A DNA stretch of 64,000 nt from Okamejei kenojei (GCA_035221665.1 CM069155.1:29574001-29638000); one strand, 5' to 3'. Positions 1-13,784 are shown, numbered from the stretch's first letter. Translations and numbers: made by a program. The notes: generated by a model from the letters alone, not told the origin.

Positions 1-1524
1 TAGGCAAGTAAATTGATATGACGGATTTGGAGGGATATGGACCCAATACGGGCAGGTGGGAGTTGTGTAGATGGGACGTTGGCCGATGTGGGAAAGTTGG
101 GTGGAAGGGCCTGTTTCCACACTCTATGACTCTATGACTCTCTTTGACTCCATGGCGGATCATGTAGCATCTGCGGATCGGCATTTGGGTGTTTCGCGTG
201 TTCATATTCTCACGGTATTGCACGTTGCAAAGTTTAAAACGTGCAGCAATAAGAGAATGATGAGAACGGTGAGAGCAGGGACCTGTGTAATTAAACGATT
301 AGGTAAACTTGCTAGTCGTAGTGATATGCCTACGTTCAGAGTGACATGCGCCCAATTGCAGCTCATTCTGTAGATGATACACATTGTAGTCACTTTAGTT
401 TAATTTGGAGATACAGCGCGGAAACAGATCCTTCTACCCACTGATCAACAGTACCCGCACATTAACATTATCCTACACACTTTATGAACAATATATAATA
501 TTAGCAAACCAATGAACCTCCCAATCTGTCTTTGTAGTGTGGGAGGAAACCGGAGCTTCCTGGGAAATCCCAGGCAGTTCATGGGGAAAACGTAGTGGTG
601 AAAGGATGAACGGTTAAGTTAATGGGATGGCTTGACCAGTCATGTGCACTGCTAAACTTATTTAGTTTAATGACAATTTAAGGACAATTATTGTTGATAA
701 GTCTTTTTCTCACCCGCTATTTCCCGAAAACCGCTCTTCGTGTTTTTCCCTTGTCAGTTTTGCCAGATAGCTGGAGTTCCCGTATTCTATTCAACTTTAA
801 TTGAATATGGATGTGCTGTGTGTAAAATTCCTGTCGTCCTGCCGTACTACAAAGTCGAAAGAACTCTGGAAGTGGACGGTGAGAGTCAATGTGACCCCTT
901 TTCCTCACTCATATATGCATTAATTTGGTACAGGTAACCTTTCCACTTTGAGTCGTGGCAAGTTTTGCGAATTACTGCGCATTACAACATGAAACTTTTC
1001 CAAGCACGACACACATCGGGTGGTCAAAATTGCCTCCAAAACTGCAACTTTACTGAGATTTGCAGTGATGTTCTGTCCCCTCAGGTTCTTTCTGAATTAT
1101 CTGATACACAAGTAGAAGGGCAGCCTGTGGGATTTACGATTTTTAAAATTACAAAGATATTTAGATTTAATGTGATATATAATTAAACAAAAAGTGCCGA
1201 GGAGGTGACTGTTATCATGTTTTAGTCAGCGATACGGATTCAGTTGGACCGTTTAGATAAAATATTTATATTCCCATTTCATTGGTGATTAAACAGTTAC
1301 CAAATATAACATTGAATACTCGCAGACAATTTGTTTAATATATATACGCGGTGGGGTCATATTGAAAATTATAGATTGTTTGTTAATAAAGAAGGGGAAA
1401 CTGTGGCAATCCTTGTTATTCTGATGTATGTATGAGAATACATGAAGCTTTTTAGAAATACAAATCTCTAAAATAAGACCTGCATGTTTCACAGTGGCGA
1501 ATATTTTGAGGAAGAATCTGACAA

Positions 1525-1625
1525 TTTCTGATTGGCTATCGACGAGCATAATATATATACCGGTTTGATTGGTTTGGAGAGATAAACACACGGTGAACAT
1601 CCTCGTCATTCCATTTATAAAAGAG
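1525..1625 (+). promoter_or_regulatory. IgL cluster 1 promoter (ATTGG 1531 and 1568, TATAAA 1616; decamer-like site disrupted)
   Basis: Homologous to the cluster 2/3 promoters, with small insertions. Confidence 0.6.
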
Positions 1626-1691
1626 CCAGAGAGCAAGATTACAACTCCACTTGTCCTGGAACTGCCGCCCCATCGGAGCTCAGTCGGTTAA

Positions 1692-3755
1692 ATGAAATGT
1701 CTTATTGGATCCGTGTGGTGTTCGGTGGCGTTGGTTTTTTGCGCAGTTTGTGAGTATTTTACTTTCCTAGACATTTATACTTATTTCTGTTCACCATCAA
1801 TTTGGGGTTATCTCCCACACTTCAACAAACTTAACAATTTTATTTTTACTCTGATATTTCTCTTTTCTCAGACTTAAGCGCGGCAGTTACAGTAAGTCAG
1901 CCCGCCTTCGATGTCCACCTTACGGGACAGAACATACAAATATCCTGTACCATATCGGGTTCCAGTTCAGGCGCTAACCATGTCGCGTTTTGGGTCCCAA
2001 CAGATTCCTGGCAAGACTCCAAAAGTATCTATTCTGGTATTATTCCAGCACCATTTATAAAGGCACGGACATTCCAGACCGTTTTTCCGTCTCGGTGTCC
2101 GGCAACTCTCTAATATTCGCAATATCTAGCGTTCAATCGGTGGATGCTGCTGATTATTACTGTGCCAAATGGGATAGTGGTTTACATTTCGGTAAAGGAA
2201 CGAGGCTGGGTATTGGCGGTAAGTAAAATATATTCATCGGATAGCGCGCTGTTTTCTTTTTATTTCAATGCAGATATTGTTTGAAAATAATGTATATAAG
2301 CGACGAAAATAATTTATTTAATTGTTTGCACTGATCAGAGCCATATTCCGCCTTCAAAGCATTTCAAAACAACCATGACTCGAGCAAGACTAACCCTTAC
2401 AGCGTCACTATTAGATTAGCAATCTCGCAGCTGTGATTCCAAATAACATATTGTTTTACAGTTCACAGAATTACTTAGGGCCGCACCATGATTTAATGTA
2501 CTCGAAAATGTGATGCAAATCTTCAATTTTCTATTTTTTTACCGTCTAATAATGATCGCGTACTACCCATTGCGAATGGTGTAATTTCTCTCGGATTTTG
2601 AAATAGTCAATTAGAAGAGGGTTGATGTAGAACTGAAGTTGCATGGAATTGGGTTCGTCCAATAATTTGCGGAATTATTCGCAGTGATTGTGCAGATATG
2701 AAAGGAAATTGCTTGGGTAACGGGGTTCAGCAACGTTAATATTCAACACTGTCAAAATTCCGGTTGACGGGTTTGAACAAGGATATCAAAATGCGAAATG
2801 CGAAGAGAAAGTTTCGCACATTTTGTTCAGAAATTTTGTTTAATACGTAGAGCTGCCTTTCGTGGACGCAACAATGCATTTCAAATTTAAATGATCACTA
2901 CAATGCCATCCTTGCTTGTGAACGACATCTGCCAATCGTCAACCGTGGCTTTAGAAGAAAAGTTTCTATATAATTTTGCCGAATTTAAATAGCGCCACCC
3001 TCCATCTCAAAGGGTTCCGACAATTAAATACGTTTAAATCTGTTATTATAATTTTCGCGACCGGAAATCGTTTATATCTGCTGATATATTTATATAAATG
3101 TAAATGTAAATGTGTAGTAAAATGAACATTATAAAAGTTGTAATAATGTATTCAGATTTATAAAATAGTGCGCCATGATCTATCATATAAGCTTTACCGG
3201 AGTTTATGCATAGGGTAGACAGGATCTATTCTAGTTGCTTTCACGTACTTTATTTATTGTTCACCCAATTAAAAAAAACCCACACTATAATGGTTGGAAA
3301 TAGGTCGAGAATAAAACGACTTATTTCTACAAATGAATAAATGAGTGCTTTAATGAGATGTATTTTCGGCAAATAATGATATCTCAACGACAACATTTCT
3401 CCAATTAAATGTGACTTCTTATTAAACAGATCCTCGGGCACCGATCGTGACGGTCCTCCCTCCTTCAGCCGATGAAGTTACCTCAACGGGCACCGCCACC
3501 TGGTGGTGTGTTTGGTGAACGGCTTTAATCCGGGCTCGGTGGCCGTTGAGTGGAGCGTCGACGGCGGTGCAAAAAATAGCGGAGTTGAGACCAGCCCGAT
3601 CCAGCAGGATAAGGACAACACGTTCAGTCTCAGCAGTTACCTGACTCTGACAGCTCAGACTGGAACTTACCGATCTTTACTTCCTGTGTGGTTAAACACC
3701 AGACTAGTCAAACCCGCTGAAGACAACTATCATGAGATCCCAGCTGTTTATCTGA
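1692..3755 (+). pseudogene. IGL: Ig light chain cluster 1 (leader 1692-1749, VJ 1872-2218, C 3430-3755); frameshifted as assembled
   Basis: Colinear with clusters 2 and 3 and splice sites are retained, but multiple 1-4 bp indels occur in the leader, FR1, FR2 (1985-2025) and C (3500, 3655-3750). Only partial ORFs remain (1990-2226, 3503-3769). AATAAA at 3934. Confidence 0.85.
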
Positions 3756-5074
3756 TGTTTGAAGCGTGAGCTGACTCCCCAAAGTTAGTTAATCGCCATT
3801 GGGTTCTTCCATGTGACAAAGTTAGTCTTTGTCTTTCGGAATTTTCATAAAGAAATGCCATTTCTGGTTGAAACCTTGATTTTTATGACTTGTTCGCTTT
3901 AAATGTAGTTCTTTCGAAAGAATATAGTTCTTGAATAAAGCATCGTCGATTCAATTGCGTTAACTAAAAGCATGTATGTTGCTATTGTACCCAAGGTATT
4001 CTTTGCAGACGTTGAGTAAAGCTTTAAAACTATTGTCAAATGTATTGCTGATTCTCTTTGATTTATTTATGACCCAAAACATGACGACATAATATGGATT
4101 GTGTTGTCTTGTACATTTGAGCAAGAAACGCTGAATTATTTCCCCTCAATCTCGATCGCGAATTACAATCGTAGAACAGTAGTGAGTTTGTGCCACGCAT
4201 CAAGTTACACAATGCGTTCTAAACCAATCATGACAAAGGTGATCTCAACTCGAATAAGAATCCACAAAAATAGCAGTACTCAGCAGGCGAGGCGACCTGA
4301 AGTGAGAAATTGATTTGACGTTTCAGGTTGTTCTTTTGTTCAAAAATATCCCTACCAACCCAACACCTTCAGGGTTTAAAGGATTTGTTAAGTATGTTTT
4401 CGTTCATAAGGTGCACCGTTACATACTGTAAATAAAGGCAAGATATGTGAATACCTGGACATTTTCCGTAATCTACATTAATTCCCAACATGTCAGCAAG
4501 ATTCTGTAAAACTGACAATTTGTTCCCACCTCTGCTTCACACTATCCACACTATGCACCGCACCTCCACCCCTTTTCACCAAAGACATTGACATTAACCA
4601 ATGACGAGATTTGTATTCCAATTACGCTTAGGCTGTCGTTATCATGCCATGTTCCATCACAATCCCCGCTGTGGGTTGTATTTTTGTTTCTGTGGGAGCA
4701 AACAGCAAAGATTGAATCTTACTGGTTTTGGCGTTTCCATCTGTTCCTCTAGTGTCCAACTATCATCAATATCAGACGATCAGATATGAATTGTTCCAAT
4801 GACTGGACATTCTAAGTCACCCAACAAAGAGGATTCCAATGATTTACAACCTCGGCGAAGACATTCCACTTCATCTCACCCTTACATAGCCAGACCCAGC
4901 ATGATATTATGTCCCCACTGTAGATCCAACAGATCCAGGGTTCTCGTGTTCATCCCTCTCACATTAAGCATTTATTTTCCAACTCGCTCTCCTCTATTTC
5001 TTCGAAACTCTCAGAGAATCGTCTGCAGCCCAATTCAAATACACTGACCGGTTGCAGATTAAAGAAATACGTAG

Positions 5075-5261
5075 TGTGTAGGAAGGAACTGCAGGTGCCG
5101 GTTTAAACCGAAGATAGACATAAACAAGTTGGAGTAATTCATTCGCGTCAGACAGCATCTCTGGATAAAACGAATAGCTGACGAAGCTTCTTCAGACCCG
5201 AAACGTCGCCTATTCAATTTCTCCAGAGATGTTGGCTGACCAGCTTTTTATGTCTATCTTC
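5075..5261. mobile_element. Hairpin-shaped non-autonomous element built from inverted Penelope-type 3' tails; 14-bp TSD
   Basis: AAAGAAATACGTAG is duplicated at 5061-5074 and 5262-5275. Internal inverted arms are aagatagacataaa/tttatgtctatctt and catctctgga/tccagagatg. Homologues occur near 17076, 46535 and 60645. Confidence 0.6.
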
Positions 5262-6065
5262 AAAGAAATACGTAGAGTTTTTATGAATGGATCAATGGTG
5301 CGTTATTCTCATCTACCGGGGTACAGTGTAAATCACTTTTGTTTACAGTTCAGTACAAGTATCACTATACATAAGCACTTAAATACATCTTAGATAAACA
5401 TCTCAGATACAGTAAAGTTGTATCGTGGTGGTGCACTGAGACAGTATATAGCGTCGCCAGATTTAGCTCCATTTTCAAATCCCAGCTGTTATTAATGAAT
5501 GGGTTCTTCACCTGACCGTGAAGGTCCGCTGCACTGGCAGCGTGGCCGGATCTTTATCGGCCCTCTTCACCGTCAGGGTATTGCCCTCCCTCCCACAGTC
5601 CCACGGTGCGAGTTGACCCACGAGGTACCCCGAGTGAAAGACTCGTGGTTGTGTACGAGACTCCAAGTTGATGAACAAGAGTTTAACCAGAGTTCCCACG
5701 GGTATGACTAAGTTTGCCGGTTACTGCTAACGGGCAAAACTTACCTTCCGGGTGGGTTCCCAGTCCGGTCTGCGGCACGAGTCCTCGGCGCGAGATCGAC
5801 TCTGAGATCTCCTCTTGCACTTTTTTGGTTATTCCCAAATTTATTTTTGTCAACCACATGTTAACAAGCCAATTAAGCTGTCTCAATCGGTGTTCATGCA
5901 CCGTCTATTTTAACCACCGTCTATTCAAACACAACTGGCGCAATATCACCTTTACATTTGCGATATAACTGTCACATTATCATTTTGCCCCATGGGCTTG
6001 ATCTCCGATGTAAAAAAACGCAATGTTCTTCTATTTTAAACTCCACGATTTGGTTAATTCCCATC

Positions 6066-8297
6066 TACCCACGCGACAGTGAGGGTAGGAATAGAACGAG
6101 GTGGAGGATAAATGCGGGGCTGAAGGACTGGTGTCGAGGGCAGGGATTCAAGTTTCTGGACCATTGGGACTTCTTTTGGGGAAGGTATGACCTGTACAAA
6201 AAGGACGGGTTGCACTTGAACCCAAGGGGGACCAATATCCTGGCGGAATGATTGGCAAAGGATACTGGGAAGACCTTAAACTAGAACGGTTGCGGAGAGG
6301 GGCCAGAAAAAGCAGCCTACCAGAGGACTGGGAGAAATTCAGAGTCCTGCAGAGGAGGACAAAGGGTTTAATTAGGAAAGGGAAAATAGATTATGAAAGA
6401 AAACTGGCAGGGAACATAAAAACTGACTGCAAATGTGTTTATAGATAAGGAAGAGAAAGAGATTAGTTAAAACAAATGTCGGTCCTTGCAGTCAGAAACA
6501 GGTGAATTGATCATGGGGAACAAGGACATGGCAGACCAATTGAATAACTACTTTGGTTCTGTCTTCACTAAGGAAGACAAATAATCTGCCGGAAATAGCA
6601 GGGGACCAGGGTCAAATAAGGTGGAGAAACTGAGTGAAATCCAGGTTAGGCGAGAAGTGGTGTGTTGGGTAATGAATGGATTAAAGGCCAATAAAACCCA
6701 ATGTGAGGGTCAGATAGTCTGCATCCCGGAGTACTCAAGGAAGTAGGCACAGAAATAGTGGATGCATTAGTGATAATTTTTCAAACTCCTTAGATTCTGG
6801 AGTAGTTCCTGGGGATTGGAGGGTAGCTAATGTAACCCCACTTTTTTAAAAAAAGGAGGGAGAGAGAAAAACGGGGAATTGCAGACTAGTTAGTCTAACA
6901 TCGGTAGTGGGGAAACTGCTAGAGTCAGTTATTAAAGATGGGATAGCAGCACATTTGGAAAGAGGTGGAATCATTATACAAAGTCAGCATGGATTTACGA
7001 AAGGTAAATCATGTCTGACTAATCCTATAGAATTTTTCGAGGATGTAACTAGCAGATTGGATAAGGGACAACCAGTGGATGTGTTATATCTAAACTTTCA
7101 GAAGGCTTTCGACAAGGTCCCACATAAGTGATTAGTATACAAACTTAAAGCACACGGTATTGGGGGTTCACTATTGATGTGGATAGCGAACTGGCTGGCA
7201 GAGTAAACGGGTCATTTTGAGAATGGCAGGCAGTGACTAGTGGGGTACCGCAAGGCTCAGTGCTGGGACCCCAGCTAGTTACAATATATATTAATGATTT
7301 GGACGAGGGAATTGGATGCAACATCTCCAAGTTTGCGGATGACACTAAGCTGGGGGGTAGTGTTAGGTGTGAGGAGGATGCTAGGAGGCTGCAAGGTGAC
7401 TTGGATAGGCTGAGTGGTCAAATGCATGGCAGATGCAGTATAATGTGGATAAATGCGGAGTTATCCAATTTGGTGGCAAAAACAGGAGGGTAGACTATTA
7501 TCTGAATTGTGGCAAATTAGGAAAAGGGGAGATGCAATGAGACCTGGGTGTCATGGTACACCAATCATTGAAAGTAGGCATGCAGGTGCAGCAGGTAGTG
7601 ACGAAAGCAAATGGTATGTTATGTTATATTTCATAGCGAAAAGGATTTGAGTATAGGAGCAGGGAGGTTCTACTGCAGTTGTACAGCGTTTTGGTGAGAC
7701 CACACCTGGAGTATTACGTACAGTTTTGGTCTCCAAATCTGAGAAAAGACATTCTTGCCATAGAGGGGGTACAGAGAATGTTCACCAGACTGATTCCTGG
7801 AATGTCAGGACTTTCATATGAGGAAAGACTGGATAGACTTGGCTTGTACTCGCTAGAATTTAGAAGACTGAGGGGACATCTTATAGAAACTTACAAAATT
7901 CTTAAGGGGTTGGATAGGCGAGATGCAGGAAGATTGTTCCCGATGTTGGGGAGGTCCAGAAGAACAAGGGCAACAACACGCTAATTGCCACAGTCTAAGG
8001 ATAAGGGTGAATTCCTTTAGGACCGAGATGAGGAAAACATTTTTCACGCAGACAGTGGTGAGTCTTTGGAATTCTGTGCCACAGAAGGTAGTTGAGGCCA
8101 GTTAATTGGCTATATTTAAGAGGGAGTTAGATGTGGCCCTTGTGGCTAAAGGGATCAGGTGGTATGGAGAGAAGGCAGGTACAGGATACAGTGTTGGATG
8201 ATCAGCCATGATAATATTGAATGGCGGTGCAGGCTCGAAGGGCCGAATGGCCTACTCCTGCAACTATTTTCTATATTTCTATGTTTCTATGTTTCTA
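6066..8297 (+). mobile_element. CR1 LINE, internally deleted and degenerate (ORF1 SGNH-esterase fragment, ORF2 RT, 3'UTR, microsatellite tail)
   Basis: DWCRGQGFKFLDHW...DGLHLN (ORF1); [50 protein letters not shown]; tail tatttctatgtttctatgtttct. Confidence 0.9.
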
Positions 8298-8329
8298 AAC
8301 GAAAAGGAGGTGGGGGGTTTTTTAGTGTT

Positions 8330-9852
8330 ATTGGTGGGGTAGCGTTGCTGGTTAGAGAGGGGATTAACGCAATAGAAAGGAAGGACATTTGCTTGGAGGA
8401 TGTGGAATCAATATGGGTAGAGCTGCGAAACACTAAGGGGCAGAAATCGCTAGTGGGAGTTGTGTGCAGGCCACCTAACTGTAGTAGTGGAGTTTGGGAT
8501 GGCATCAAACTGGAAATTGGAAATGCGTGCAACAAAGGTAAAACAGTTATAATGGGTGACTTCAATCTACATATAGATTGGGTGAATCAAATTGGCAGGG
8601 GTGCTGAGGAAGATGGTTCCTTGGAATGTATGCTGGATAGTTTTCTAAACCAACGTGTAGAGGATCCAACGAGAGAGCAGGCTATTCTAGACTGGGTATT
8701 GAGTAATGAGGAACGGTTAGTTAGCAGTCTTGTTGTGTGTGGTCCCTTGGGCAAGAGTGACCATAATATGGTTGAGTTCTTCATTAGGATGGAGAGTGAC
8801 ATAATTAATTCAGAAACAAGGGTGCTGAACTTAAAGAAAGGTAACTTTGAGGGTATGAGACGTGAAATCTCCAAGATAGACTGGCAATTGATTCTTAAAG
8901 GGTTGACGGTGGATAGGCAATGGAAAGGCATTTAAAAACTGCATGGAGGAACTACTACAATTGTTTATCCTAGTTTGGCAAAATAATAAATCAGGGAAGG
9001 TAGTGCATCCGTGGAAAACAAGGGAAATCAGAGAAAGTATCAAAACAAAAGATGAAGCATACAAATTAGGCAGACAAAGCAGCCTACCAGAGGACTGGGA
9101 GAAATTCAGAGTCCAGCAGAGGAGGACAAAGGGCTTAATTAGGAAAGGGAAAAGAGATTATGAAAGAACACTGGCAGGGAACATAAAAACTGACTGCAAA
9201 AGTTTTTATAGATATGTGAAGAGAACACGATTAGTTAAAACAAATGTAGTCTCTTGCAGTCAGAAACAGATGAATCGATCATGGGGAACAAAGACATGGC
9301 AGACCAATTGAATAACTACTTTGGTTCTATCTTCACTAAAGAAGACATAAATAATCTTCCGGAAATAGCAGGGGACCGCGGGTCAAATGAGATGGAGGAA
9401 CTGAGTGAACTCCAGGGTAGCCTGGATTATTTGTACACCTGGGGTATTGCGTACAGTTTTGGGCTCCTGATCTGTGGAAAGACATTCTTGCCATAGAGGG
9501 AGTACAGAGAAGGTTCACTAGACTGATTCTTGGAATGTCAGGACTTTCATATGAAGAAAGGCTGGATAGACTCGGTTTGTACTCGTTAGAATTTAGAAGA
9601 TTGTGGTGGGATTTTATAGAAACTTACAAAATTCTTAAGGGGTTGGACAGACTAGATGCAGGAAGATTATTCCCGATGTTGGGGAAGTCCAGAACAAGGG
9701 GGTCACAGTCTAAGGATAAAGGGGAAGTCTTTTAGGACCGAGATGAGAAAAACATTTTTCACACAGAGAGTGGTGAATCCCTGGAATTGTCTGCCACAAA
9801 AGGTAGTTGAGGCCAGTTCATTGGCTATATTTAAGATGGAGTTAGATGTGGC
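8330..9852 (+). mobile_element. CR1 LINE fragment (APE endonuclease plus deleted RT C-terminus)
   Basis: GGVALLV, ESIWVEL, IMGDFN, PTREQAILDWVL, GKSDH in ORF 8159-8935; [16 protein letters not shown] downstream. Confidence 0.9.
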
Positions 9853-9864
9853 CTCTCTCGTTCT

Positions 9865-9912
<48 letters not shown>
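9853..9912. repeat. (CT)n microsatellite
   Basis: Visible directly in the sequence. Confidence 0.95.
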
Positions 9913-9914
<2 letters not shown>

Positions 9915-10165
9915 GAAGGCGAGTTCTGTGAGCTGGATCGAAACATTCATTTATACAATTCTTCTTTGTACTGAAGAAACAGTAAGCTATTTATTAAATC
10001 AAGGGCAGAGCTAGTCTCGGTTGTCTCTAAGAATGAAATTGAGATATCCCAATAGATATCTGGAACTGCAGTGGAGTCAACACTGTTTTATTAGTACACC
10101 ATGTCCACTTTATTAACTGTTAAACATTAAACAATCCTTCATCAATGCACTCTGCTTGATCTTTG

Positions 10166-11060
10166 ACATGGTATAGACATGGATAGAGAATTGGTTGGAA
10201 AACAGGAAACAAAGAGTAGGAACTGCGAATGGTGTGAATTGCGAGCAGGATGCTAGGAGATTGCAGTGTGACGTGGACAGACTGAGTGAGTGGGGAGATG
10301 CATGACAGATGCAGTATAATGTAGATCATTCTGAGTTTATCCACTTTGGCTGCAAGAACAAAGAGGCAGATTATTATCTCAATGGTGTCAGATTAGGAAA
10401 AAGGGAAGTGCAGCGAGATCTGGGTGTCCTTGTACACCAGTCACTGAAAGAAAGGCAGGTACAGCAGGCAGTGAATAAAGCTAATGGCATGTTGACCTTC
10501 ATAACGAAAGGATTTGAGTAGAGGAGTAAAGAGGTCCTTCTGCTGTTGAGACCACATCTGGAGTGTGGTGTGGAGTTTTCGTCTCTTAATTTGAGGAAGA
10601 ACATCCTTGCTATTGAGGCAGTGCAGCGTAGGTTCAAGAGGTAAATCCCTGGGATGGCGGGACTGTCACATGAGGAAAGATTGGAAATAATGGGCTTGTA
10701 TTCACTGGAATTTAGAAGGAGGGGGGGGGGGTCATAGAAACTTATAAAATTATAAAGGGACTGGATAAGCTTGTCGCAGGAAAAATGTTCCCAATGATGG
10801 GGGAGTCCAGAATCAGGGGGCACAGTCTAATATTAAAGGGGAGGCCATTTAAAACTGAGATGAGAAATAAATTTCACCCAGAAATTCAGGTTGTGAATTT
10901 GTGGGATACTCTGTCACAGAAGGCAGTAAAGGCCAATTCACTGGATTAACTTAAAAGATTTAGATAGAGCTCTCGGGGCTAGCGGAATCAAGGGAGATGG
11001 GTAGAAGGCAGGCACGGGTTACTGATTGTGAATGATCAGCCATGATCACAATGAATAGTG
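10166..11060 (+). mobile_element. Degenerate CR1 LINE 3' fragment
   Basis: WIENWL..RKQRV, QRDLGVLVHQSLK and CR1 3'UTR (gatcagccatgatcacaatgaat). Confidence 0.85.
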
Positions 11061-11169
11061 ATTGCGTCTCTGGGAATGCAGTATTTATTGCCCATCCAAA
11101 AGTGGGAACACAGAGACAGAAGGAACTGCAGATGTTGGAATCATGATAAACAAAAAGTGCTGGGGTAAC

Positions 11170-12265
11170 ACGGGGTGTGCCTCAGGGTTCGGTGCTGGGC
11201 CCGTTAATGTTTGTCATCTATATCCATGATTTGAATGAGATCATAATCGGTAAAGCCCCTGTCCCACTTTGGATACCTGAACAGCAACCTCTGGTGACCT
11301 TGCCTGCCACGAAAAAAAAAAAATCAAGGTCGAGGTGGTCTGCAACCTTCTACCACCTCCCACGCATATGTTGAAAACCTTCCTCGACTGAAGAAAACTG
11401 GCTTCGACTAGACCTGGACTAAAAAATATCGATTTTTAATAAGGCAACCTATTTTTAGTCGAGGCCTGTTTTAATCAGGATGAAAAAATAGCAGCAACCT
11501 AGATGAAGCCTCGACCACGCGGAAACCACTTTCGACCATTAGGGAGAGTGATCCAAAACCTCTGGTGACCTCATGGAAACCTGGGGTGGCGGGCAAGGTC
11601 ACCAGACATTGCTGTTTAGGTCTCCTATGTGGGACAGGTGCTTAAGATTAGCAAGTTTGCAGGTGATACAAACGTGGGTGGTTTTGCAGATAGTCGAGAT
11701 GTTTTTTTTTAAACATACAGCAGGATCTTGATCTATTGGCCAGGTAGGCTGAGGAATGGTTGGTGGAATTTAATGTAGGGAAATGTGAAGTGTTGCATTT
11801 TGGGAAGTCTAACATGGGCAGGACCTATGCAGTCGACGGTAGATCGGGTGGCCAAAAAGGCTTTTGGCACATTGGCCTTCATCAGCCAGAGTAAGAGTAT
11901 AGAGGTTGAGCGGTCTTGTTGCAGATGTAAGACGTTGGTGATGCCGCATTTAGATGACCACAGTCTCTCGCCCAGAGTAGGTGAATCGAGCACCAGGTTT
12001 ATGGTAACGGGGCAAAGATGTATTAGGAATCTGAGGGGTAACTTTTTCCCACAGAAGGTGGTGCGTGTATGGAACAAGCAGCCAGAGGAGGTAGATGTGT
12101 TAGGGACTATCCCAACGTTTAAAACCCCGATAGACAGGTATATGGACATGGAGGGATATGGACCTTATACGGGCGGGTGGGACAAGTGTAGATGGGGCAT
12201 GTTGGCCGATGTGGGAAAGTGAGGAAGAAGGGCCTGCGTCCACATCCTATGACTCTCTTTGACTC
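11170..12265 (+). mobile_element. Degenerate CR1 LINE (second subfamily), split by the MITE; homologous 3' ends at 1-150 and 40860-41535
   Basis: [36 protein letters not shown] and a ctatgactct tail. Confidence 0.8.
11254..11642. mobile_element. PIF/Harbinger-type MITE inserted into a CR1 RT fragment
   Basis: About 55-bp TIRs (agcccctgtcccac...ccttgcctgccac / gtggcgggcaagg...gtgggacaggtgct) with TAA TSD at 11251-53 and 11643-45. Removing it restores CR1 atcggtaagattagcaagtttgca (IGKISKFA). Confidence 0.85.
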
Positions 12266-13784
12266 TGTGTGGGATCTTGTAGCATTGGCGGATCGGCATT
12301 TGGGGAGGTAATAATGAACAGCCATGAGCCAGTGCGGCGTTTCGCGTGTTGATTTTCTCACGGTATTGCACGTTGCAAATTTTACACGTGCAACAGTGAG
12401 AGAAGGATGAGAACGGAGAGAGCAGGGACCTGTGTAAATAAACATTGGGTAAACTTGCAAGTGATAGTGATATGCCTATGTTCAGAGTTGCTTATGCGCG
12501 CAATTACAGCTCATTCTGTAGATGGTACAAATTGTTGTCACTTTGGAGATACAGCGCGGAAACTGGCCCTGATCATCACTCCCCGCACATCAACATTATC
12601 CTACACATTTTAGGGACAATATATAATGTTAGCAATCCAATGAACCTACCAGTCTGTCTTTGTGGTGTGGGAGGAAACCGGAGCTTCCTGGGAAATCCCA
12701 GGCAGGTCATGGGGAAAACGTAGTAAGGATGAACGATTAAGTTAATGGATGGCTGACCAGCCATGTGCAATGCTAAACTAATCTAGATTAATGACAATTT
12801 AAGAACAATTATTCATGAGAATTCCTTTTCTCACCCGCTATTTACGAAGGGCCGAGAGGGCCTGTTTCCGTGCTGTAATTGTTATATGGTTATATGGTTA
12901 TGGTTATTTCCCGAAAACCGCTCTTCGCGTTTCTCCCTTGTCAGTTTTACAAGATAGCTGGAGTGCCCCTATTCCATTCAACTTCAATTGAATATGGATG
13001 TGCTGCATGTAAAATTCCTGTCGTCCTGTCGTACTACAAAGTCGAAAGAACTCTGGAAGTGGTCGGTGAGGGCCAATATGACCCCTTTTACTTCACTCAC
13101 ATATGCATTAATTTGGTACAGGTAAACTTTCCACTTTGAGTCGTGGGAAGTTTTGCGAATTCTTGCGCATTACAATAGGATAGTATCACAGACCGCTTTT
13201 CCAAGCACGACACACATCGGGTTGTCAAAATAATCACCAAAATTGCAACTTTACTGACATTTGTAGTGATGTTCTGTCCCCTCAGGTCCTTTCTAAATTA
13301 TCTGATACACAAGTAAAAGGGCAGCCAGTGGGGTTTATGATTTCTAAAATTACAAAGATATCTAAAGATAGATTTAATTTGCTTTTTAATAAAACAATGC
13401 TGAGGAGGTGACTGCGATCATTTTATGTTCAGCGATACGGAGGTAGACCAAAATGCTGGAGAAACTCAGCGGGTGAGGGCGAAGGAAATCAGCAATACGT
13501 ATTAAGTTGGTCAGTTTAGATAAATATTTATATTCCGTTTCCATTAGTGATTAAACAATTACCGAATATAATATTTAAAACTCGCAATCTGTTTAGTGTA
13601 CATATGCGGAGGGTTCATACAGAAAATTATAGATTGCTTGTTTATAATGAAGGGGCAACTGTGGCAATCCTTTTCATTCTGCTGTATGTATGAGAACGCA
13701 CGAAGCTTTTTAGAAATACAAGTCTCTAAAATAAGACCTGCATGTTTCACAGTGGCGAATATTTTGAGGAAGAATCTGGCAATT

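Larger units (their letters stand above)
1..6070 (+). repeat. Segmental duplication unit 1 (IgL cluster plus flanks; left end lies outside the window)
   Basis: Colinear with 12130-17960, 41400-47930 and 57481-61350; ends at a CR1 junction near 6066-6070. Confidence 0.85.

Noticed and set aside
1490-1529. Perfect RSS heptamer CACAGTG upstream of each promoter (also ~13748, ~42775)
   Set aside because: No credible nonamer at 12 or 23 bp (best ACAATTTCT at 24 bp, worse in other copies) and not adjacent to a coding segment; conservation is explained by recent duplication.
2158-2164. Cryptic heptamer TACTGTG at the V 3' end
   Set aside because: Dictated by Tyr-Cys codons, absent in the intact cluster 3, and no unrearranged donor V is present.
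2513-2520. Octamer ATGCAAAT in the cluster 1 intron (and ATTTGCAT at 15853)
   Set aside because: Each occurs in only one copy; the paralogous sites differ.
5172-5215. Plus-strand CTGACGA...GAAACGTC hammerhead-like motif
   Set aside because: Created by a deletion in the hairpin element; stem II cannot form.
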